Assembly: GCF_009914755.1 (NCBI RefSeq)
Contig: NC_060933.1
Origin: the human T2T-CHM13v2.0 reference genome, Homo sapiens
Reading direction: 5' to 3' (one strand)
Length of the DNA: 64,000 nucleotides
The translations under genes were made by a program, and so were the position numbers. The notes beneath the pieces were generated by a model, which was not told the origin of the DNA, searched no databases, and saw nothing but the letters and a program-made list of their open reading frames with translations. Positions 55,098 to 64,000 of this stretch are shown here, in pieces. How positions within the stretch are numbered: the first letter of the stretch is position 1; the number at the start of each line of letters is the position of its first letter.

Positions 55098-58000
55098 GTA
55101 TTCGGGTTGATTCCATTGCATTCCTTTCCATTCCATTCCATTCCATTCCATTCCATTACAATCGAGTTGATTCCATTCCATTCCATTCCATTCCAGTGCT
55201 TTCCATTCCATTCCACTCGGGTTGATTCCATTCTATTAGTTTCCATTCTATTCCATTCCCTTCCATTCCACTCTGGTTGATTCCATTCCTTTCCATTCCA
55301 CTCGAATACATTCCCTCCTATTCCACTCGGAACAATTCCATTCCATTCCATTCCATTCCATTCCATTCCATTCCATTCCATTTCGTTCCATTCCATTCTA
55401 TTCCGTACCATTCCATTCCATTCCATTCCATTCCATTCCATTCCACTCGTGTTGATTCCATTGCTTTCCATTCCATTCGGTTTGAAGGCATTCCATTCCA
55501 TTCAATTCCATTCCATTCCATTCTATTCCATTCCATTCCATTCCATTCCATTGTACTCGGGTTGATTCAATTCCATTGCATTCCATTCCATTCCATTCCG
55601 TTGCATTCCATTCCATTTCATTCGGATTGATTGTATTCAAATCCCTTACTCTTCATTACATTCCATTCCATTCGGGTTGTTCCATTCCATTCCATTCCAT
55701 TCCATTCCATTCCATTCCATACCATTCCATTCCATTCCATTCCATTCCATTCCGTTCCATTCCGTTCCATTCCATTCCATTCCATTCTATTCGGGTTAAT
55801 TCCATTCCATTCCATTCCATTCCATTCCATTCTATTCCATTCCATTGCAATCGAGTTGAATCCATTGCATTTCATTCCATTCCATTCCATTCCATTCCAT
55901 TCCGGAAGATTCCATTCCATTGCATTCCATTCCATTCCATTCCCCTGCACTCGCGTTGATTCCATTCCATTCCATTCCATTCCATTCCATTCCGTTCCAT
56001 TCCGTTCCGTTCCATTTCATTCCATTCCATTCCATTCCATTCCGTTCCGTTCCATTCCATTCCATTCCATTCCACTCTATTCGGGTTAATTCCATTCCAT
56101 TCCATTCGATTGCAATCGAGTTGATTCCATTCCATTCCATTCCATTCCATTCCATTCCTTTCCCCTGTACTCGGGTTGATTCCATTCCATTCCATTCCAA
56201 TCCATGCCATTCCACTCGTGTTGATTCCATTCTTTCCATTCCATTCAAGATGAATCCATTCCATTGCATTCCATTCCATTCGATTCCATTCGTTTGCACT
56301 CGTGTTGATTCCATGGCATTGCATTCCATTCCATTGCATTCCATTTCATTCCATTCCATTGCATTCCATTTCATTCCATTCCATTCATTTCCATTCCATT
56401 CCATTCCATTCGGATTCATTCTATTCAATTCCCTTACACTCCATTACATTACATTCCATTCGGGTTGTTCCATTCCATTCCATTCCATTCCACTCCATTC
56501 CATTGCACTGGGGTTGATTCCATTCCATTCCTTTCCATTCCATTCCATTCCATTCCGGATGATTCCATTCCATTGCATTCCGTTCCATTCCATTCCCCTG
56601 CAGTCGCGTTGATTCCATTCCATTCCATTCCATTCCATTCCATTCCATTCCATTCCATTCCATTGTACTCGGGTTGATTCCATTCCATTGCATTCCATTC
56701 CATTCCATTCCATTCCATTCTATTCCATTCCATTCCGTTGCTTTCCATTCCATTACATTCGGATTGATTCTATTCAACTCCCTTACTCTCCATTACATTC
56801 CATTCCATTCGGGTTCTTCCATTCCATTCCATTCCATTCCACTCCATTCCATTGCACTCGGAATGATTCCATTCCATTCCATTCCATTCCATTCATTCCG
56901 GATGATTCCATTCCATTGCATTCCGTTCCATTACATTCCCCTGCACTCGTGTTGATTCCATTCCATTCCATTCCATTCCATTCAATTCCATTCCATTACA
57001 ATTCGTTCCATTCCATTCTATTCCGTACCATTCCATTCCATTACATACCATTCCATTCCGTTCCATTCCATTCCATTCCTTTCCATTCCATTCCGGAAGA
57101 TTCCACTCCATTGCATTCCATTCCATTCCATTCCCCTGCACTCACGTTGATTCCATTCCATTCCATTCCATTCCCCTGAAGTCGGGTTGATTCCTTTCCA
57201 TTCCATTCCATTCCATTCCATTCCATTCAATTCCGTTCCGTTCCATTCCATTCCATTCCATTCTATTCGAGTTAATTCCATTCCATTCTATTCCATTCCA
57301 TTCCATTCCAATCCATTCAGTTCCATTCCATTCCATTTCATTCCATTCTATTCGGGTTAATTCCATTCCATTTCATTCCATTCCATACCATTCCATTCCA
57401 TTCCATTCCATTCCATTCCGTTCCATTCCGTTCCATTCCATTCCATTCCATTCTATTCGTGTTAATTCCATTCCATTCTATTCCATTCCAGTCCATTGAA
57501 ATCGAGTTGATTCCATTCCATTCCATTCCATTCCATTCCATTCCGGATGATTCCATTCCATTGCATTCCATTCCATTCCATTCCCCTGCACTCGGATGGA
57601 TTCCATTCCATTCCATTACATTACATTACGTTCCATTCCGTTCCATTCTATTCTATTCCGGTTAATTCCATTCCATTCCATTCCACTCCATTCCATTCCA
57701 TTCTATTCGGGTTAATTCCATTCCATAATATTCCATTCCATTCCATTCCATTCCAATCGAGTTGATTCCATTCCATTGCATTCCATTTCACTCAATTCCA
57801 GTCCTTTCCATTCCATTCCACTCGGGTTGATTCCATTCTATTCCTTTCCATTCCATTCCATTCCATTGCAATCGAGTTGATTCCATTGCTTTGCATTCCA
57901 TTCCATTCCATTCCATTCCGGATGATTCCTTTCCATTGCATTCCATTCCATTCCATTCCCCTGCACTCGGGTTGATTCCATTCCATTCCACTCCATTCCA

Positions 58001-59625
58001 TTGCATTCCATTCCATTCCATTGTATTCGGGTTGATTCCATTGCATTCCTTTCCATTCCATTCCATTCCATTCCATTCCATTACAATCGAGTTGATTCCA
58101 TTCCATTCCATTCCATTCCAGTGCTTTCCATTCCATTCCACTCGGGTTGATTCCATTCTATTAGTTTCCATTCCATTCCATTCCCTTCCATTCCACTCTG
58201 GTTGATTCCATTCCTTTCCATTCCACTCGAATACATTCCCTCCTATTCCACTCGGAACGATTCCATTCCATTCCATTCTATTCCATTCCATTCCATTCCA
58301 TTCCATTTCGTTCCATTCCATTCTATTCCGTACCATTCCATTCCATTCCATTCCATTCCATTCCATTCCACTCGTGTTGATTCCATTGCTTTCCATTCCA
58401 TTCGGTTTGAAGACATTCCATTCCATTCCATTCCATTCCATTCCATTCCATTCCATTCCATTCCATTGTACTCGGGTTGATTCAATTCCATTGCATTCCA
58501 TTCCATTCCATTCCGTTGCATTCCATTCCATGTCATTCGGATTGATTGTATTCAAATCCCTTACTCTTCATTACATTCCATTCCATTCGGGTTGTTCCAT
58601 TCCATTCCATTCCATTCCATTCCATTCCATTCCATACCATTCCATTCCATTCCATTCCATTCCATTCCGTTCCATTCCGTTCCATTCCATTCCATTCCAT
58701 TCTATTCGGGTTAATTCCATTCCATTCCATTCCATTCCATTCCATTCCATTCCATTCCATTCTATTCCATTCCATTGCAATCGAGTTGAATCTATTGCAT
58801 TTCATTCCATTCCATTCCATTCCATTCCATTCCGTAAGATTCCATTCCATTGCATTCCATTCCATTCCATTCCCCTGCACTCGCGTTGATTCCATTCCAT
58901 TCCATTCCATTCCATTCCATTCCGTTCCGTTCCGTTCCGTTCCATTTCATTCCATTCCATTCCATTCCATTCCGTTCCGTTCCATTCCATTCCATTCCAT
59001 TCCACTGTATTCGGGTTAATTCCATTCCATTCCATTCGATTGCAATCGAGTTGATTCCATTCCATTCCATTCCATTCCATTCCATTCCTTTCCCCTGTAC
59101 TCGGGTTGATTCCATTCCATTCCATTCCAATCCATGCCATTCCACTCGTGTTGATTCCATTCTTTCCATTCCATTCAAGATGAATCCATTCCATTGCATT
59201 CCATTCCATTCGATTCCATTCGTTTGCACTCGTGTTGATTCCATGGCATTGCATTCCATTCCATTGCATTCCATTTCATTCCATTCCATTCCTTTCCATT
59301 CCATTCCATTCCATTCGGATTCATTCTATTCAATTCCCTTACACTCCATTACATTACATTCCATTCGGGTTGTTCCATTCCATTCCATTCCATTCCACTC
59401 CATTCCATTGCACTGGGGTTTATTCCATTCCATTCCTTTCCATTCCATTCCATTCCATTCCGGATGATTCCATTCCATTGCATTCCGTTCCATTCCATTC
59501 CCCTGCAGTCGCGTTGATTCCATTCCATTCCATTCCATTCCATTCCATTCCATTCCATTCCATTCCATTGTACTCGGGTTGATTCCATTCCATTGCATTC
59601 CATTCCATTCCATTACATTCCATTC
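55074..59625 (+). repeat. Segmental duplication C, copy 2
   Basis: Same markers in the same order as 43851-48417. Confidence 0.92.
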
Positions 59626-61080
59626 TTTTCCATTCTATTCCATTCTATTCCATTCCATTCCATTCCATTCTACTCGGGTTGATTCCATTCCATTGCATTC
59701 CATTCCATTCCATTCCATTCCATTCCGTTGCATTCCATTCCATTACATTTGGATTGATTCTATTCAACTCCCTTACTCTCCATTACATTCCATTCCATTC
59801 GGGTTGTTCCATTCTATTCCATTCCATTCCACTCCATTCCATTGCACTCGGGTTGATTCCATTCCATTCCATTCCATTCCATTGCATTCCGGATGATTAC
59901 ATTCCATTGCATTCCGTTCCATTACATTCCCCTGCACTCGCGTTGATTCCATTCCATTCCATTTCATTCCATTCAATTCCATTCCATTACAATTCGCTCC
60001 ATTCCATTCTATTCCGTACCATTCCATTCCATTCCATACCATTCCATTCCATTCCATTCCATTCCATTCCATTCCATTCCGTTCCATTCCGTTCCATTCC
60101 ATTCCATTCCATTCTATTCGGATTAATTCCATTCCATTCCATTCCATTCCATTCTATTCCATTCCATTGCAATCGAGTTGAATCCATTGCATTTCATTCC
60201 ATTCCATTCCATTCCATTCCATTCCGGAAGTTTCCATTCCATTGCATTCCATTCCATTCCATTCCCCTGCACTCGCGTTGATTCCATTCCATTCCATTCC
60301 ATTCCATTCCGTTCCGTTCCATTCCATTCCATTCCATTCTATTCGGGTTAATTCCATTCCATTCCATTCGATTGCAATCGAGTTGATTCCATTCCATTCC
60401 ATTCCATTCCATTCCATTCCATTCCATTCCATTCCTTTCCATTCCATTACGGATGATTCCATTCCATTGCATTCCATTCCATTCCATTCCCCTGTACTCG
60501 GGTTGATTCCGTTCCATTCCATTCCAATCCATGCCATTCCACTCCTGTTGATTCCATTCTTTCCATTCCATTCAAGTTGAATCCATTCCATTGCATTCCA
60601 TTCAATTCGATTCCATTCGATTGCACTCGGGTTGATTCCATTCCATTGCCTTCCCTTCCATTCCATTCCATTCCATTCCCTTCCATTCCATTCCGTTCCA
60701 TTCCATTCCATTACATTCGGATTGATTCTATTCAATTCCCTTACACTCCATTACATTCCATTCCATTCGGGTAGTTTCCATTCCATTCCCTTCCATTCCT
60801 CTCCATTCCATTGCACTCGGGTTGATTCCATTCCATTGCATTCCATTCCATTCCATTCAATTCCATTCCGTTCCATTCCATTCCATTACATTCGGATTGA
60901 TTCTATTCAACTCCCTTACTCTCCATTCCATTCCATTCCATTCGGGTTGTTCCATTCCATTCCATTCCATTCCACTCCATTCCATTGCACTCGGGTTGAT
61001 TCCATTCCATTCCATTCCATTGCATTCCATTCCATTCCATTCCATTACAATCGAGTTGATTCCATTCCATTCCATTCCAT

Positions 61081-61700
61081 TCCATTCCTGTCCTTTCCAT
61101 TCCATTCCACTCGGGTTGATTCCATTCTATTAGTTTCCATTCCATTCCATTCCCTTCCATTCCACTCTGGTTGATTCCATTCCTTTCCATTCCACTCGAA
61201 TACATTCCCTCCTATTCCACTCGGAACGATTCCATTCCATTCCATTCCATTCCATTCCATTCCATTTCGTTCCATTCCATTCTATTCCGTATCATTCCAT
61301 TCCATTCCATTCCATTCCATTCCATTCCATTCCATTCCATTCCATTCCATTCCATTGTACTCGGGTTGATACCATTCCATTGCATTCCATTCCATTCCAT
61401 TCCATTCCATTCCATTCCATTCCATTCGGTTCCATTCCTTTCCATTCCAGTCCTTTCCATTCCATTCCACTCGGGTTGATTCCATTCTGTTAGTTTCCAT
61501 TCCATTCCATTCCCTTCCATTCCACTCTGGTTGATTCCATTCCTTTCCATTCCACTCGAATACATTCCCTCCTATTCCACTCGGAACGAATCCATTCCAT
61601 TCCATTCCATTCCATTCCATTCCATTCCATTCCATTTCGTTCCATTCCATTCTATTCCGTATCATTCCATTCCATTCCATTCCATTCCATTCCATTCCAC
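61081..61700 (+). repeat. 360-bp-offset local duplication (~61081-61330 vs ~61441-61700)
   Basis: Lines 61141 and 61501 are identical. GAATACATTCCCTCC occurs at 61198 and 61558. Both copies carry the CCGTATC variant. Confidence 0.9.
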
Positions 61701-63200
61701 TCGTGTTGATTTCATTCCTCTCCATTCCATTCGGTTTGAAGGCATTCCATTCCATTCCATTCCATTCCATTCCATTCCATTCCATTCCATTCCATTGTAC
61801 TCGGGTTGATTCCATTCCATTACATTCCATTCCATTCCATTCCATTCCATTCCGTTGCATTCCATTCCATTACATTCGGATTGATTCTATTCAACTCCCT
61901 TACTCTCCATTACATTCCATTCCATTCGGGTTGTTCCATTCCATTCCATTCCATTCCACTCCATTCCATTGCACTCGGATTGATTCCATTCCATTCCATT
62001 CCATTCCATTCCATTCCATTCCATTCCATTCCGGATGATTCCATTCCATTGCATTCCGTTCCATTACATTCCCCTGCACTCGCGTTGATTCCATTCCATT
62101 CCATTCCATTCCATTCAATTCCATTCCATTACAATTCGTTCCATTCCATTCTATTCCGTACCATTCCATTCCATTCCATACAATTCCATTCCATTCCATT
62201 CCATTCCATTCCGTTCCATTCCGTTCCATTCCATTCCATTCCCTTCTATTCGGGTTAATTCCATTCCATTCCATTCCATTCCATTCCATTCCATTCTATT
62301 CCATTCCATTGCAATCGAGTTGAATCCATTGCATTTCATTCCATTCCATTCCATTCCATTCCGGAAGATTCCATTCCATTGCATTCCATTCCATTCCATT
62401 CCCCTGCACTCGCGTTGATTCCATTCCATTCCATTCCATTCCATTCCATTCCTTTCCATTCCATTCCGTTCCGTTCCATTCCATTCCATTGCATTCCATT
62501 CCATTCCATTCCGTTCCGTTCCATTCCATTCCATTCCATTCTATTAGGGTTAATTCCATTCCATTCCATTCGATTGCAATCGAGTTGATTCCATTCCATT
62601 CCATTCCATTCCATTCCGTTCCATTCCATTCCTTTCCATTCCATTACGGATGATTCCATTGCATTGCATTCCATTCCATTCCATTCCCCTGTACTCGGGT
62701 TGATTCCATTCCATTCCATTCCAATCCATGCCATTCCACTCGTGTTGATTCCATTCTTTCCATTCCATTCAAGTTGAATCCATTCCATTGCATTCCATTC
62801 CATTCGATTCCATTCGATTGCACACTGGTTGATTCCATTCCATTGCATTCCATTCCATTCCGTTCCTTTCCATTCCATTACATTCGGATTGATTCTATTC
62901 AATTCCCTTACACTCCATTACATTACATTCCATTCGGGTAGTTTCCATTCCATTCCATTCCATTAATCTCCATTCCATTGAACTCGGGTTGATTCCATTC
63001 CATTGCATTCCATTCCATTCCATTCCATTCAATTCCATTCCGTTCCATTCCATTCCATTACATTCGGATTGATTCTATTCAACTCCCTTAGTCTCCATTA
63101 CGTTACATTCCATTCGGGTTGTTCCATTCCATTCCATTCCATTCCACTCCATTCCATTGCACTCGGGTTTATTCCATTCCATTCCATTCAATTCCATTCC

Positions 63201-63215
63201 ATTCTGGAAGATTCC
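63201..63215. promoter_or_regulatory. HSE variant aTTCt gGAAg aTTCc (also 63785-63799)
   Basis: ATTCTGGAAGATTCC is a CpG->TpG derivative that contains the preferred AGAA unit on the - strand. Confidence 0.55.
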
Positions 63216-64000
63216 ATTCCACTGCATTCCATTCCATTCCATTCCATTGTACTCGCGTTGATTCCATTCCATTCCATTCCATTCCATTCCATTCCATTCC
63301 ATTCCTTTCCTTTCCATTCCATTCCATTCCATTCCATTCCATTCCGTTCCGTTCCGTTCCATTCCATTCTATTCCATTCTATTCGGGTTAATTCCATTCC
63401 ATTCCATTCGATTGCAATCGAGTTGATGCCATTCCATTCCACTCCATTCCATTCCATTCCATTCCTTTCCATTCCATTACGGATGATTCCATTCCATGGC
63501 ATTCCATTCCATTCCATTCCCCTGCAGTCAGGTTGATTCCATTCCATTCCATTCCATTCCATTCCATTCCATTCCGTTCCGTTCCATTCCATTCCATTCC
63601 TTTCTATTGGGGTTAATTCCATTCCATTCCATTCCATTACATTCGTATTGATTCTATTCAACTCCCTTACTCTCCATTACATTCCATTCCATTCGGGTTG
63701 TTCCATTCCATTCCATTCCATTCCACTCCATTCCATTGCACTCGGGTTGATTCCATTCCATTCCATTCCATTCCATTCCATTCCATTCTGGAAGATTCCA
63801 TCCCATTGCATTCCATTCCATTCCATTCCCCTGCACTCGCGTTGATTCCATTCCATTCCATTCTATTCCATTCCATTCCCTTCCTTTCCGTTCCATTCCA
63901 TTCCATTCCATTCCATTCCGTTCCGTTCCATTCCATTCCATTCCATTCTATTCGGGTTAATTCCATTCCATTCCATTCGATTGCAATCGAGTTGATTCCA

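Larger units (their letters stand above)
1..64000 (+). repeat. Human Satellite III (HSat3) array, (CATTC)n with interspersed ACTCGGGTTG/ATTCGGGTTA decamers; C-rich strand on +
   Basis: CATTC pentamers dominate every line, with no unique sequence. Recurrent variant words include ACTCGGGTTG, ATTCGGGTTAA, AATCGAGTTG, CCGGATGA/CCGGAAGA and CCCCTG(C/T)AC. The CAACCCGA(A/G)T decamer within (GGAAT)n is the classical Satellite III signature. Subfamily and chromosome are not determinable by eye. Confidence 0.98.

Noticed and set aside
83-63966. Hundreds of ORFs encoding MEWNG or FHSIP repeats
   Set aside because: A pure 5-mer has no stop codon in any frame. The ORFs overlap in all six frames, have no domains, and change by 5-nt frameshifting indels between duplicates.
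1-64000. CRISPR-like alternation of repeats and variant words
   Set aside because: The variant words are short, recurrent, pentamer-derived and irregularly spaced; there are no unique spacers, leader or cas genes.
1-64000. HSat2 assignment
   Set aside because: Long perfect CATTC runs and ACTCGGGTTG decamers dominate; the CATTCGATTC/GATGATTC-rich diverged pattern of HSat2 is only a minor component.
1-64000. DYZ1 (~3.5 kb) or another regular higher-order repeat
   Set aside because: No constant period runs through the window; offsets are heterogeneous and local.
1-64000. Inversion or transposon (Alu/L1) insertion
   Set aside because: No GGAAT run on the + strand, no poly-A tract and no non-satellite stretch seen.

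Overview
The whole 64 kb is one uninterrupted, single-orientation array of human/great-ape Satellite III (HSat3). It consists of CATTC pentamers on the + strand punctuated by the classical ACTCGGGTTG/ATTCGGGTTA decamers; chr9q12-type HSat3B is plausible but cannot be established without a search. I see no genes, RNA genes, transposon insertions, CRISPR array or inversion. All ORFs in the track are artefacts of the stop-free pentamer (MEWNG/FHSIP peptides). The real structure is in the satellite. (1) It is a nested mosaic of direct duplications with offsets of about 25, 50, 360, 780, 950, 1030-1130, 2920-2976, 4240, 10400, 10663, 11220, 13040 and 15700-16600 bp. One of these is a ~6.5 kb block that is a near-complete circular permutation of a neighbouring ~7 kb segment. 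(2) About 47 perfect 3-unit heat-shock elements (aTTCc gGAAg aTTCc) occur at uneven density. (3) About 35 copies of a perfect 14-bp palindrome TCGATTGCAATCGA sit in an otherwise strand-asymmetric array. (4) All ~112 pentamer register shifts go in the same direction (-1 mod 5). (5) An A/B cassette pair keeps a fixed 175-bp spacing. (6) A diverged, unduplicated island lies at ~17.4-19.3 kb. Counts and breakpoints were read by eye and from ORF-track offsets, so they are approximate.
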